Sequence record: ON568341.1
Source of the DNA: Escherichia phage UE-S1
DNA length: 64,000 nucleotides
Reading direction: 5' to 3' (one strand)
Positions 43,860 through 53,309 of this stretch are shown here, in pieces. Below the pieces are notes generated by a model. That model searched no databases, was not told the origin of the DNA, and saw nothing but the letters and a program-made list of their open reading frames with translations. The translations under genes were made by a program, and so were the position numbers. Within the stretch, counting starts at the first letter, position 1, and every line of letters begins with the position of its first letter.

Positions 43860-44315
43860 ATGTTTAAAAATTTTATTGTTATTGTAGCAGTGCTTTTTGG
43901 TGTATCATATTTTATTTCCCCTGTACATGCAGAAGAACAACGACAAACAATTAAAACAATAGGTACTGGGAAAACTCCACCTAAACGCACTGCTGAAGAA
44001 TATATGCCTGAGATGCGTGAACGTTATCGCCAGACATATAGAGAAAAACATGCAAATGATAAACCAATCAAGAAACACAAATGGGAAGTCGTTAAATCAC
44101 CTTCATTTTGTGCTGGGTATGCTAAAGTAAAAGTTGAGCAACACAAAAACCAGTACTACAAAGATATGTATTATTTCTATAACTCCAGAATCTCAGACAC
44201 TGATATGATGGCAGGGAAAGTTAACAAAGAAGAGTTTCTTCAAGGTTATGATATGATGGATGATGATAAGATTATGGAATGTGTGGAAGTATATGAGAAA
44301 TACAGAGGGTTCTAA
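43860..44315 (+). CDS. secreted protein with signal peptide (151 aa)
   Basis: MFKNFIVIVAVLFGVSYFISPVHA|EE. Confidence 0.5.
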   Translation: MFKNFIVIVAVLFGVSYFISPVHAEEQRQTIKTIGTGKTPPKRTAEEYMPEMRERYRQTYREKHANDKPIKKHKWEVVKSPSFCAGYAKVKVEQHKNQYYKDMYYFYNSRISDTDMMAGKVNKEEFLQGYDMMDDDKIMECVEVYEKYRGF

Positions 44316-44788
44316 TGATAACAATGGTATTATTTTCAAGCCCGTTTGCTTATTTTATTCTGTATAATATTTTTAGTAATGCTCATCATTTTAAATACGC
44401 ACAAACAATTGCAAAACATGAAGGATTTTGGAATTTTTTCCCAGCGTTATTATGTTCCTACCAATATCATGAACGCTATTTTATATTTCCAGAATATCAA
44501 AAATATGGATATGATTCTAAAGTAAATGCACTAATTGAGTACTGTACACGAAACTATTTGAATAATAGTAATGATAATGTTCAGATACTAATAGGGAATG
44601 GAAGGATTCCAAGAATAGTTTTTATATCTGATATACAAGACCCGATTTACTTATATCTATATGAATATTGTATCAAGGCTGGTGGTTCTATGCACGGAAG
44701 TAGGTCCATGTATGAATACTTCATATTGCCACCAACGCATATCAGGCTAATAGAAAAATACTTAAAAAATATTGACAAAAATGATTAG
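44315..44788 (+). CDS. hypothetical protein (157 aa)
   Basis: Track ORF. Confidence 0.5.
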   Translation: MITMVLFSSPFAYFILYNIFSNAHHFKYAQTIAKHEGFWNFFPALLCSYQYHERYFIFPEYQKYGYDSKVNALIEYCTRNYLNNSNDNVQILIGNGRIPRIVFISDIQDPIYLYLYEYCIKAGGSMHGSRSMYEYFILPPTHIRLIEKYLKNIDKND

Positions 44789-44832
44789 TAGTATTATAAT
44801 CATAATACCATCTAACCAAAGAGGAATGGAAA

Positions 44833-45291
44833 ATGGACGTATTAGCTACCAACTTCAAACGCAATACTGAAGAACGTGAAGGGTATCTTAGTATTAATGA
44901 TGTTGTTGCCGACAATTTTAAACAATACATTTTTAATAGTGCAATTAAATTAAAATGCACAAAAGATGCACCTGACCGTAGTTTTACTAAATGGATTGCA
45001 TACTGGGAAGATTCCCCTGTTGCAATTGAAATGACAGTCATTACTACTGTTCTTGAAACTGGTTACATTAAAGCAATTGTAGTTGATAAAAAAGTTCACA
45101 CACTAGATGAAATTAATCCATATCCTGCACGAAATTCTAAAGTTTTTGGTGTATTAGTTGATGGTAAATTTATGGTAGAAAAAGATGCAAAAGAATATGT
45201 AATTAACAAACTTCAATCTACGGCAGAAAAAAAAGAAGTGGTGGACCAAAATTCAGTGGATGCAATTAAAAAAGCATGGGGATTGAACTAA
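44833..45291 (+). CDS. hypothetical protein (152 aa)
   Basis: GAGGAATGGAAAATG RBS. Confidence 0.5.
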   Translation: MDVLATNFKRNTEEREGYLSINDVVADNFKQYIFNSAIKLKCTKDAPDRSFTKWIAYWEDSPVAIEMTVITTVLETGYIKAIVVDKKVHTLDEINPYPARNSKVFGVLVDGKFMVEKDAKEYVINKLQSTAEKKEVVDQNSVDAIKKAWGLN

Positions 45292-45292
45292 T

Positions 45293-45712
45293 ATGTTCAC
45301 ACTAAGTAATACAAAATATCTTTTTCTTATTAGTATTATTGGTTGGGTTATGGCTCCAGTGCTAAATGCACTGGGGTTTTCAGATGAACACAAACTTGTC
45401 ATCGTTTCAGGCGTAATTCAGGGTATTTCATGGTATACATTGATTATATTTTCAGTGTGTATCAATACCTTTGCCCGTGATTATCGACGTTTTTTATATC
45501 TGAAAGTATTCGGTACTACGCGATACAGTTTTGTTTATACTTTTATTTTAGTACCGTGCATGTTATATGCATTTGTATTTGATTACTATACATACCTATG
45601 GGTATGTGGAACTATGTTTGTCATGTTAGAATACATCAGAACAGTACAAAACTCATATGCTGACGAGTATTATGATTTAGAAGTTAAACGACAATTAACG
45701 GAGATAAACTAA
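45293..45712 (+). CDS. polytopic membrane protein (139 aa)
   Basis: Multiple hydrophobic segments. Confidence 0.5.
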   Translation: MFTLSNTKYLFLISIIGWVMAPVLNALGFSDEHKLVIVSGVIQGISWYTLIIFSVCINTFARDYRRFLYLKVFGTTRYSFVYTFILVPCMLYAFVFDYYTYLWVCGTMFVMLEYIRTVQNSYADEYYDLEVKRQLTEIN

Positions 45713-46137
45713 TGAGAGCGTATAATAAGATTTGTATTTTTGTATTTTTAGTTTGTGCATTCAATTCATTTGGATACTACTGCGTTGAAAACAACATTTC
45801 ATATGGTTTAAATCCGTTATGGTTTTCAATTGCCAATGTAGTTCAAATTGGTATTGCTGTCATGTCCGCACTTATGTTCTGTCCAATTGTCACGATAGAT
45901 AGTGAATATGAAAAGCTTGGATTTCTACGTGATACGGGAGATGAACCTTACAATAGATTGATCGTATTGTATCCATTTTTAATGATGTTAGGTATTAATA
46001 TTCAACTAGGTGCAACAACCAACAGTATTACATCAGCAGCCATTGCTGTATTTGCATTCACATTTTTAACGATTCACCGCTCTATAAGTCATTGGTACAT
46101 TGCAAAAATGGCAGAGGAAGGTACTCAAAATACTTGA
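45712..46137 (+). CDS. polytopic membrane protein (141 aa)
   Basis: Multiple hydrophobic segments. Confidence 0.5.
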   Translation: MRAYNKICIFVFLVCAFNSFGYYCVENNISYGLNPLWFSIANVVQIGIAVMSALMFCPIVTIDSEYEKLGFLRDTGDEPYNRLIVLYPFLMMLGINIQLGATTNSITSAAIAVFAFTFLTIHRSISHWYIAKMAEEGTQNT

Positions 46138-46162
46138 CATAATTTAGTATTTTATATATAAT
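46134..46162 (+). promoter_or_regulatory. sigma70-like promoter (TTGACA-N17-TATAAT)
   Basis: Consensus hexamers. Confidence 0.55.
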
Positions 46163-46199
46163 TATTTCATAAAAAAAAAGAAATTTGAGTGAGGAACTT

Positions 46200-46451
46200 A
46201 TGAACATTGATAAGGTCAAAGAAATTAGTGCTGCACTAATTAAAAATGAAGAGGTTTGTGAAGAACTTCGCAGTACTATCAAATTTGAGTACGCGAGATT
46301 GCAAAGTATGCTTCAAGAATCTGAATGGGTAGTAACTAAATCTATCGAAGCAATCTATAAGGATATCGAATCCCTTTTCAACAAGAAAAGTAAGATTGAA
46401 TCTGATTCATACAATAAGCGTAAAGAATTAAATTCGGCACTCGGTATTTAA
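46200..46451 (+). CDS. hypothetical protein (~83 aa)
   Basis: ATG 46200 after GAGTGAGGAA. Confidence 0.45.
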   Translation: MNIDKVKEISAALIKNEEVCEELRSTIKFEYARLQSMLQESEWVVTKSIEAIYKDIESLFNKKSKIESDSYNKRKELNSALGI

Positions 46452-46458
46452 AATTCAT

Positions 46459-46487
46459 TTGACATAATAAAAAACATGGAGTACAAT
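46459..46487 (+). promoter_or_regulatory. sigma70-like promoter (TTGACA-N17-TACAAT)
   Basis: Hexamers upstream of ORF 46526. Confidence 0.5.
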
Positions 46488-46525
46488 GTACTCCTAATTT
46501 AATTATAAGATAAAAGGAAATAGTT

Positions 46526-46795
46526 GTGAAATCTATTCTTGTAGCAGTTAATCTCATTGCTTCCCCATCTTTTAACTTCAAAAAAGTTGTTGCTGATAAT
46601 CTGAAGAAGATCTGCCCAAACGCTGAATTGACTTTTTGTGTGTTTGATTCAGAAAAAGTAACTAAAGTTGATTTGAACTATATTTTGAACGATGTACAAT
46701 GTATTTCAGGTGAAAGCAACTTAAAAGTTCTTCGTGAGATTGCAGACGATTATGATGACACTTTAGTAATTTCGGAGAAAATCCAAATCAAATGA
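46526..46795 (+). CDS. hypothetical protein (89 aa)
   Basis: GTG start after AAAGGAAA. Confidence 0.45.
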   Translation: MKSILVAVNLIASPSFNFKKVVADNLKKICPNAELTFCVFDSEKVTKVDLNYILNDVQCISGESNLKVLREIADDYDDTLVISEKIQIK

Positions 46796-47211
46796 TTAGA
46801 TTCATTCAGTACTTAATCATTAAATTTTTTGGCTGTTATACGATTGAAGGAAAAGCCACACTTGCACATAAAATTTTTGTAGCATTATGTACAGGTGATT
46901 ATGACGTATTGAATAAGTACTGTAAATCTCAAGCATGTATTGATATAATGGCACTTCGTATCTATGAGTGCCAGTTCTTTAGATACAATTTTTACAAGTA
47001 CAGATTTGATAAACAAGAATTTGATAGTTTTGAAATGTTAAAAAATTTATGTAACAATAAAAAGAATATGCATATATCAGAATTTGTTGCTTTGTATTTT
47101 TATTTAAAAAGTTCATTGTTTATGAACACGAGTAAACTTTTTGATACTAGATTTAATGTATTCGAAGGTAAAGAATTTTACATATATGATAAATTCTTAG
47201 ATAAGGTGTAA
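46792..47211 (+). CDS. hypothetical protein (139 aa)
   Basis: Track ORF. Confidence 0.45.
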   Translation: MIRFIQYLIIKFFGCYTIEGKATLAHKIFVALCTGDYDVLNKYCKSQACIDIMALRIYECQFFRYNFYKYRFDKQEFDSFEMLKNLCNNKKNMHISEFVALYFYLKSSLFMNTSKLFDTRFNVFEGKEFYIYDKFLDKV

Positions 47212-47212
47212 T

Positions 47213-47710
47213 ATGACAACTGTTTATATTGATAAACGATTAAATTTGTTGATTACCGATTCTAGAGTTACATCAACTATACCACGAAACTTATTTGGTC
47301 TTTTTCCACTAAGACCAAAATATCAATATGGAGTTGTTAATCAAAAAACTTTATATGTACATGACCGTTTATTCAGTGCTAGTGGATCAGTAAGTGAAAT
47401 TGATAAAGTACTTAATTGGTTGATTAATAAAGTATCAATTATTCCTGACAGAAAATTAAGTTGTCATTGTATTTTACTTTCCAAAGATTATATCATTCAT
47501 TTGATTTTATCTAATGGTGAGTTTACTAAAAAACTTGAGTATCTACATAAAGACTACACATTCTTTATGGGAAGTGGTGGAGAATACATGATAGATGCAG
47601 CTATTCATGAAGAGTATACAACTTTATATGATAAAGTACTTAGAACTTTTATGGATGTGCATAATCATGATTGTTTCACCGATGATAATATTAATGTATA
47701 TCGTTTTTGA
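47213..47710 (+). CDS. hypothetical protein (165 aa)
   Basis: Track ORF. Confidence 0.5.
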   Translation: MTTVYIDKRLNLLITDSRVTSTIPRNLFGLFPLRPKYQYGVVNQKTLYVHDRLFSASGSVSEIDKVLNWLINKVSIIPDRKLSCHCILLSKDYIIHLILSNGEFTKKLEYLHKDYTFFMGSGGEYMIDAAIHEEYTTLYDKVLRTFMDVHNHDCFTDDNINVYRF

Positions 47711-47732
47711 TTTTTTTCATTAGGAGACGTAA

Positions 47733-48686
47733 TTGAAAAAACTAGATTTGAATGCAATTGCAGATGAAGTACTGGACGAATGTTTTTCTAATGAAGAAGT
47801 CAATACACTTGATGCATTAGATTCAGTACAAGATGAAGATAAAGTTCAAAGTAATTTCAAGTTTAATATTAGTCTTAAGCGTCCACATAATGTAACAAAT
47901 GAAGATCTAATCCGTGATATTCAAGCTGGTATCAATGTTAAGAAAAACACTGAACTATTAGTTCGTTATAATTATGGACTAATTGTTGATGTTGCAAGTA
48001 AATGCACGTGTTATATCCCATTTGAAGATAAGATATCATATGGTATTGAGGGATTCATGCGAGCACTAAAAACATTTGATCTTAGTAAGAATGTTAAGTT
48101 CGTTACATACGCATCTTCCAGCATTTATATGACAGTATACAATGAAAGTTCAGATGCCAATCATCTGGTACATTTTCCACGCTATATGAGTGTTAATAAG
48201 ATACAAGTTAAACGCTTTTGTCATGAATATGAGCGTAAGCACGGTTGTCGTCCAACACCTGAACTAATTTCAGAGGGGACGGGAATTGAAATTCAACATG
48301 TAAAGAATTGTTTGTTATTCCAAAGTGAATATACTGCATTGGATGCACCATTGGATGGTGTTTCGGATGGTACGTTAAGTGATATTCTTCATACATCTGA
48401 TTGCGATTACAATCTTAATGTTGATAGTATTCGTGCACCTTTGCGTTATGTCATTAATGATCTAACACATGAATTGAGTACGAAAGAACGTGAAATTATC
48501 CAGCGTGTTCATGGTTTAGGTGAATTTAATCCTGAATCACTTCGTGAAATTGCTGATAGTGGTTTTGTTGATGACAATGGCAAATGTGTTAAATCAAGAT
48601 CATCTGTACACCGTAAATATAGTGAAGCTATAAAAAAACTTAAGAAATTAGTACTTGAAAAAGGGTACGAATACGAAGATTTCTAA
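47733..48686 (+). CDS. sigma-70 family RNA polymerase sigma factor (phage-encoded)
   Basis: Region 2-like LVRYNYGLIVDVASK...GIEGFMRALKTFD...KFVTYASSSI; region 4-like HTH LSTKEREIIQRVHGL...SLREIADS...SRSSVHRKYSEAIKKL. Confidence 0.65.
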   Translation: MKKLDLNAIADEVLDECFSNEEVNTLDALDSVQDEDKVQSNFKFNISLKRPHNVTNEDLIRDIQAGINVKKNTELLVRYNYGLIVDVASKCTCYIPFEDKISYGIEGFMRALKTFDLSKNVKFVTYASSSIYMTVYNESSDANHLVHFPRYMSVNKIQVKRFCHEYERKHGCRPTPELISEGTGIEIQHVKNCLLFQSEYTALDAPLDGVSDGTLSDILHTSDCDYNLNVDSIRAPLRYVINDLTHELSTKEREIIQRVHGLGEFNPESLREIADSGFVDDNGKCVKSRSSVHRKYSEAIKKLKKLVLEKGYEYEDF

Positions 48687-48693
48687 AGAACAA

Positions 48694-48722
48694 GGGTTGA
48701 CTTAGGTCAACCCTTTTTTTAT
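48694..48722 (+). terminator. rho-independent terminator (GGGTTGAC-ttag-GTCAACCC)
   Basis: Perfect 8-bp stem followed by TTTTTTTT; related to hairpins at 57163, 59958, 61299. Confidence 0.75.
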
Positions 48723-49255
48723 GGGACAAATTATAAAGTTATGATATACTTATTATGTACAATCCTGTTGAATGCAGAAATGCATATAAATGAGAACCTG
48801 ATCCTATCGAAAATGTAGATGGCAGATGAGCAGTTCAACAGTGCGATGAGCAGAAGAAACCCGTCAGATGTGGGCATAGTTTGAACCCCTCACGGCAATG
48901 CGGCTCAATAAAGAACCATGTTAGGATAGCTGATGGTTCCTTGATAGACATATAAGGATAACACCTTACGAATTATCTAAGGGAGAGTACTCAAATTTTG
49001 TACAAGAAAGTTGCGTCCAAAATTTGAGTACTCACATTAAGTATTTGATTGCATAGATACTTAATGAAGATACACTATGTTTAAAAGTGTAGACCGTCAT
49101 ATGAAACTGAAGTAGAGAGAAACAGGATGACCCGCTTTCGCACTCGTTATGAGTAATCTTCAATGCAATAGCTCTGATACCATCAGCGTCAAATTTCCCT
49201 CCGCAGTGGGGGGAAGAAAAATCACCTCCTCAAATCCCGTCAATATTAAAAGTCC
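48723..49255 (+). other. long non-coding region with structured elements (candidate ncRNA)
   Basis: About 530 bp without an ORF of 60 aa or more on either strand; locally GC-richer; 16-bp-stem hairpin at 48985-49033. Confidence 0.35.
48985..49033. repeat. inverted repeat: 16-bp stem (GAGTACTCAAATTTTG / CAAAATTTGAGTACTC), 17-nt loop
   Basis: Perfect complementarity between arms. Confidence 0.7.
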
Positions 49256-49284
49256 TTGACAGTTATTAATCATTCGCGTAGAAT
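49256..49284 (+). promoter_or_regulatory. sigma70-like promoter (TTGACA-N17-TAGAAT)
   Basis: Upstream of ORF 49349. Confidence 0.5.
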
Positions 49285-49348
49285 ACGTAGTATTAGAAGC
49301 GAACAGACATCTCGAAGAGATGGATGATTAACTATTGAGGAATTTCCA

Positions 49349-49558
49349 ATGAATTCAGTAATCTTTTTAGTAGTCGCTCTTTCAATTCAATCCGGTGTAC
49401 AAATTACCCCAATGAACTCAATGAACCAATGTTTTTCAGTACGTGACAGTACTTATGAACAAGTAAACCACATGTCACTTATGACAGTTAGTAAAGAAAG
49501 TATGTGGTGTTACAATAGTAATACTAACACAAAGCTTATTGTAGGACAAAATCAATGA
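49349..49558 (+). CDS. secreted/membrane mini-protein (69 aa)
   Basis: Hydrophobic N-terminus. Confidence 0.4.
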   Translation: MNSVIFLVVALSIQSGVQITPMNSMNQCFSVRDSTYEQVNHMSLMTVSKESMWCYNSNTNTKLIVGQNQ

Positions 49559-49785
49559 GTTATGGTGTTCGTTTTGAGATTCGTTCTATTATTATCAATG
49601 GCGAGAAACAAGCATCGTTGGATGGAGATATACGAGAAAAATATCTATCATGTATCCGTGCAAAATCTGAAGCAGATGCATTAGCACAAATGTATAGTTT
49701 TAACTTTTTTCATGGATACCATTTGGTACGAGTTATCGAAGTTACAAAAATAATTATAGATTGTAGCATGGAAGGATTAATGTAA
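49555..49785 (+). CDS. hypothetical protein (76 aa)
   Basis: Track ORF. Confidence 0.45.
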   Translation: MSYGVRFEIRSIIINGEKQASLDGDIREKYLSCIRAKSEADALAQMYSFNFFHGYHLVRVIEVTKIIIDCSMEGLM

Positions 49786-49786
49786 A

Positions 49787-50575
49787 ATGAGCACTATAGA
49801 TGAACTGATTCGACGGAATTCAAAATACTACAAACCATCAGAAATTGTAGGTAACATTACCAAATCAGAGTTTGGTCCAAATACTCGAAAACTAATTCAT
49901 GTAATGTCACGTGATGGCTTTAAATGTGATTGTTGTGGTGAATCCAATGTGGTATTCACTTTGCATAAGCACAGTACTAAAGACCGTTATAAATTCAGAC
50001 CTTATGTACTTAAAGGGAAACGCCTTGTACGCATGACGTTAGACCATAATGTACTGGACTGTCTTCAGGGTGGTAATGATAAAGAGAACATGACTGCATT
50101 ATGTGAAGATTGTAACGCATTACGCCAACATAAGTTTGCTGAGTACAGTGAGTTTAAACACTGGTATCATAATGCGGAACGTTCAATCGAGCCGGACGTT
50201 AACTACTGCTTCATTGAGTACATTAAGAATGCTAAAGATACATATATTCTTAAATCTATGGAACCAATTACCGTGTTTCCAATGAACCTATTCACTACAT
50301 TAAAGAATAGTTTTATGGTAGGTGATATTGATGCATTCAAGTATTTTGACAAAGGTGCAAAACATTTTGAAGTTCAATGTCTTAGTACTGCACTATGTGA
50401 ACTTATTAAAATTTACATAAAAGATTATTTGGGTATTGACAATGTACGCGTACCAGAGTATACTTTTTCTATTGATTTCGATTGTGAATCAATCAAAGAG
50501 TTTGGGATTCTTTTCAATAAACAAATAGAACTTGCAATTCAAAACGAAATCAAGTACTATAATACTAACATTTAA
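49787..50575 (+). CDS. HNH (His-Me finger) endonuclease
   Basis: CDCCG ... LDHNVLDCLQGGNDKENMTALCEDCNALR. Confidence 0.7.
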   Translation: MSTIDELIRRNSKYYKPSEIVGNITKSEFGPNTRKLIHVMSRDGFKCDCCGESNVVFTLHKHSTKDRYKFRPYVLKGKRLVRMTLDHNVLDCLQGGNDKENMTALCEDCNALRQHKFAEYSEFKHWYHNAERSIEPDVNYCFIEYIKNAKDTYILKSMEPITVFPMNLFTTLKNSFMVGDIDAFKYFDKGAKHFEVQCLSTALCELIKIYIKDYLGIDNVRVPEYTFSIDFDCESIKEFGILFNKQIELAIQNEIKYYNTNI

Positions 50576-50590
50576 TCAGAGGAAATTATT

Positions 50591-50773
50591 ATGCAAATCA
50601 TCATTCTTATCGTAGGTATCATTCTTGGTGTATATGGTCACTCCTGGATGAACGAGAAGTTCCCTAATACCCGTCCTGAGTATTGCAGTACTAATGTATT
50701 TCAGAATGGTGAGAAACCAAAGGAAAGTATTGGTAAAAAGCTGGACAAAGTACTTGATGTGATCAATGAATAA
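50591..50773 (+). CDS. small membrane protein (60 aa)
   Basis: Hydrophobic N-terminus. Confidence 0.4.
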   Translation: MQIIILIVGIILGVYGHSWMNEKFPNTRPEYCSTNVFQNGEKPKESIGKKLDKVLDVINE

Positions 50774-50984
50774 GGGCCATAAAATGTTTAAACCGAATTC
50801 AAATGTTGGTAAGAAAGTCCAATTACTTGAAGATGTATCCACTATGAGTGGAACCTTCACTAAAGGCCACATCATGACTATTATTGCCGAAACATCCCGT
50901 GGTTGGGACTTGGAAGATGCTGATGGTAATCGCATCCTTGAGGCTGGTTTTTATGGTCATCGTGAATATAAAATCATCGATTAA
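50766..50984 (+). CDS. hypothetical protein (72 aa); start uncertain
   Basis: Track ORF. Confidence 0.45.
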   Translation: MNKGHKMFKPNSNVGKKVQLLEDVSTMSGTFTKGHIMTIIAETSRGWDLEDADGNRILEAGFYGHREYKIID

Positions 50985-51080
50985 GGATATAAAATGATGT
51001 TAGAGGCTATCTTTGGTATTGTCAGTTTAGTCATCTGTGTTGGTTGGTTTGGGTATCTGATGATTTTTGGTGATTAATAC

Positions 51081-51108
51081 TTGACATAAGATATCAGTAC
51101 TGTATAAT
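51081..51108 (+). promoter_or_regulatory. sigma70-like promoter (TTGACA-N16-TATAAT) with CAGTACTG spacer
   Basis: TTGACATAAGATATCAGTACTGTATAATGTTTATATCAAA. Confidence 0.65.
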
Positions 51109-51153
51109 GTTTATATCAAACGAAATCCACTTTAACAAATGATAGGAAATATT

Positions 51154-51432
51154 ATGTCTTTTTCTAAAGAAGAACGTGACCTTATTAAAAAAGCAATCTG
51201 GTTTTATGCTAATGAAGGGAAGTGCGATGAAGAAAAAGCACGTGAACTGTGTAATATCTTTGAGAAGAAACAAGATCTGAAAGTGTATCGTATCCGTGAT
51301 TTGGATGAAGGGGATCGTATTGTCCTAGCTGAAACAAAAGAAGAAGCAGAACAAATCTTCACTGATAAAAACGAAAATCCACATTGGATGGAAGAAGTCT
51401 GTGATGTTAAAAAAGGTACTTATATCGATTGA
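51154..51432 (+). CDS. hypothetical protein (~92 aa)
   Basis: ATG 51154 after AGGAAA. Confidence 0.45.
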   Translation: MSFSKEERDLIKKAIWFYANEGKCDEEKARELCNIFEKKQDLKVYRIRDLDEGDRIVLAETKEEAEQIFTDKNENPHWMEEVCDVKKGTYID

Positions 51433-51457
51433 CAGAACTGAATAATAGCAGTATAAT
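51429..51457 (+). promoter_or_regulatory. sigma70-like promoter (TTGACA-N17-TATAAT)
   Basis: Followed by the same GTTTATATCAAAG box as promoter at 51081. Confidence 0.6.
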
Positions 51458-51549
51458 GTTTATATCAAAGGGAATGCAGTGAAAGGAAAGACAGCATAAT
51501 CGTACTCGTCACTGCGTTTCCAACCTATTAATTAAATGAGGAATTAACT

Positions 51550-51858
51550 ATGTTTCAAACTAACACTCAAGGTTTTGTAATCATAGATTTGAATCAAAAC
51601 AGCGGTTATTGGATGAAACCTACTGACGCATGTATGCAGTTTGATTTCTTAGGTTACAGAATTAGTGTAAGTACTGGTGCTTCTGTACTGAGAGGTGGTT
51701 GTATCGTTGAACATCTGGTAACTGATCCAGAAGGTCGTGAGTATGAAATCGCAGGTTCAGTACAAGATGCCATTATGTTTGTATGTCAGCGTGAAATGAA
51801 TGGTTCGAATTCAAATGCACTGACTCATGCTCTTTCTCAAGAAGTGGAGATTCGTTAA
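51550..51858 (+). CDS. hypothetical protein (102 aa)
   Basis: GAGGAAT RBS. Confidence 0.5.
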   Translation: MFQTNTQGFVIIDLNQNSGYWMKPTDACMQFDFLGYRISVSTGASVLRGGCIVEHLVTDPEGREYEIAGSVQDAIMFVCQREMNGSNSNALTHALSQEVEIR

Positions 51859-52109
51859 TGAAATACATTGTAGCAGTACTCGTCGCATTTTTACTCACTG
51901 CATGTGATGCTTCAACCAAAGAACGCACAAGTGATTTTGAACTCCCTACTGAATTAAAAGAAGCAGGATGTAAGATTTATCGTATGCAACAGGAAGGTGC
52001 TGGTGCAACGTTGTATACAGTTTATTGTCCTAATGCAAACACCAGTACTGGATACACTAGTGGAAAAACACGAATCAACACTTCAGTGATTAATGGAGTA
52101 CAACAATGA
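51858..52109 (+). CDS. lipoprotein (83 aa)
   Basis: Signal peptide with lipobox LLTAC. Confidence 0.5.
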   Translation: MKYIVAVLVAFLLTACDASTKERTSDFELPTELKEAGCKIYRMQQEGAGATLYTVYCPNANTSTGYTSGKTRINTSVINGVQQ

Positions 52110-52474
52110 GCCTTGATACAACCCGTGCAACAGATTTATTAACTCGTCTGAATGATGAAGAGTATCTTGCTGAAATAAAATACAAGCTTGATAAACTGGT
52201 TCGAAGTGCTGAAGTAATTGAAGTTGAAGGTCACTTACCAATGGATCAATTCCATACGTTCAACGAAGATATGGTTTATTATCCTAATGAAATTTGGATT
52301 GAGTGGCAACATTGGACTGGTAAAACACTACGTATTGAAGGGTATTGTGTGAAGTATGAACGTGATCCTGGTTATGTGACAAAAACTTTGTCAATTTGGT
52401 GTACAAAAACACATGAACTCGTTGAGGTGAATTTGAATTATATGAATGGCTTCCGTTGGGGTGATGTTAAATGA
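52106..52474 (+). CDS. hypothetical protein (122 aa)
   Basis: Track ORF. Confidence 0.5.
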   Translation: MSLDTTRATDLLTRLNDEEYLAEIKYKLDKLVRSAEVIEVEGHLPMDQFHTFNEDMVYYPNEIWIEWQHWTGKTLRIEGYCVKYERDPGYVTKTLSIWCTKTHELVEVNLNYMNGFRWGDVK

Positions 52475-52746
52475 TTAAAAAACTCTTGACGGTGTTCTTT
52501 GTATTCAGTATAATGTTTCTTACCGCATGTAATGACGATGGCACGTTAAGTGCAAAAGACTTAGCTCGATATGATTGTACATTCACAGGTAAGTCTTTTA
52601 TTAACGAATATGAAATATGTACACAAGCAGGACGTATCTGTGGTGGTTGGGAGAAACGTCAAGAGAAGTTGTATGTATACGAATGTCCCGGAAAACACAA
52701 TAAAGTTCTAAGTAAACAAAAACTTGTTTATGATAAGGTTGAATAA
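52471..52746 (+). CDS. lipoprotein (91 aa)
   Basis: Signal peptide with lipobox FLTAC. Confidence 0.5.
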   Translation: MIKKLLTVFFVFSIMFLTACNDDGTLSAKDLARYDCTFTGKSFINEYEICTQAGRICGGWEKRQEKLYVYECPGKHNKVLSKQKLVYDKVE

Positions 52747-52961
52747 TGACTACCAATGAAATGATGCAGGTTATTTGGGATAAAGGATGTGATATTAAAA
52801 TCACTAGCACTGATGTTCGTGTGTTCAAAACTGAATACCTAGAGTACTTGGACCTTGATACTTATAATAATATTGTATCAATTGAACACAAAGGTGCAGT
52901 ACTTGAAACTATTGATGTGGTTCTGAAGAAAGCAACAGACCTATTAGGTGCGTCAGTGTGA
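52746..52961 (+). CDS. hypothetical protein (71 aa)
   Basis: Track ORF. Confidence 0.45.
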   Translation: MTTNEMMQVIWDKGCDIKITSTDVRVFKTEYLEYLDLDTYNNIVSIEHKGAVLETIDVVLKKATDLLGASV

Positions 52962-53111
52962 ATAATAAAGAGTGGGAAGAATATAGAAAAAATGCCGAGA
53001 GTTTGATAAAGAACTAACTGGTACTATTAATGCAATAATGGGTGTATCTGTTTTTATTGCAGTTGTGTCATTATTTTCTGTTATTATTAATAAATTTTTA
53101 TAGGAACTCCC

Positions 53112-53309
53112 ATGTTTACTTTATATCTTGCAGTGGTTCTTACTAATGGTGACATAACTCGAACTATTGGTGAAGGTGTATATAAAACTCCTGAGCAATG
53201 TTACTCTGCTACACATTGGCCTCGTGATAGTGATGATACTCGTACCGAATTTAAATGCATGAAAGTAAAAGGTGATTTTGTTAACCTTAAAGTTATCGAG
53301 GCTAAATGA
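53112..53309 (+). CDS. hypothetical protein (65 aa)
   Basis: Track ORF. Confidence 0.4.
   Translation: MFTLYLAVVLTNGDITRTIGEGVYKTPEQCYSATHWPRDSDDTRTEFKCMKVKGDFVNLKVIEAK

Noticed and set aside
52486-52514. Consensus promoter-like sequence (TTGACG-N17-TATAAT-GTTT) inside ORF 52471
   Set aside because: It coincides with the codons for the lipoprotein signal peptide (KKLLTVFFVFSIMFLTAC), so probably coincidental or an internal promoter; not annotated as a separate promoter.
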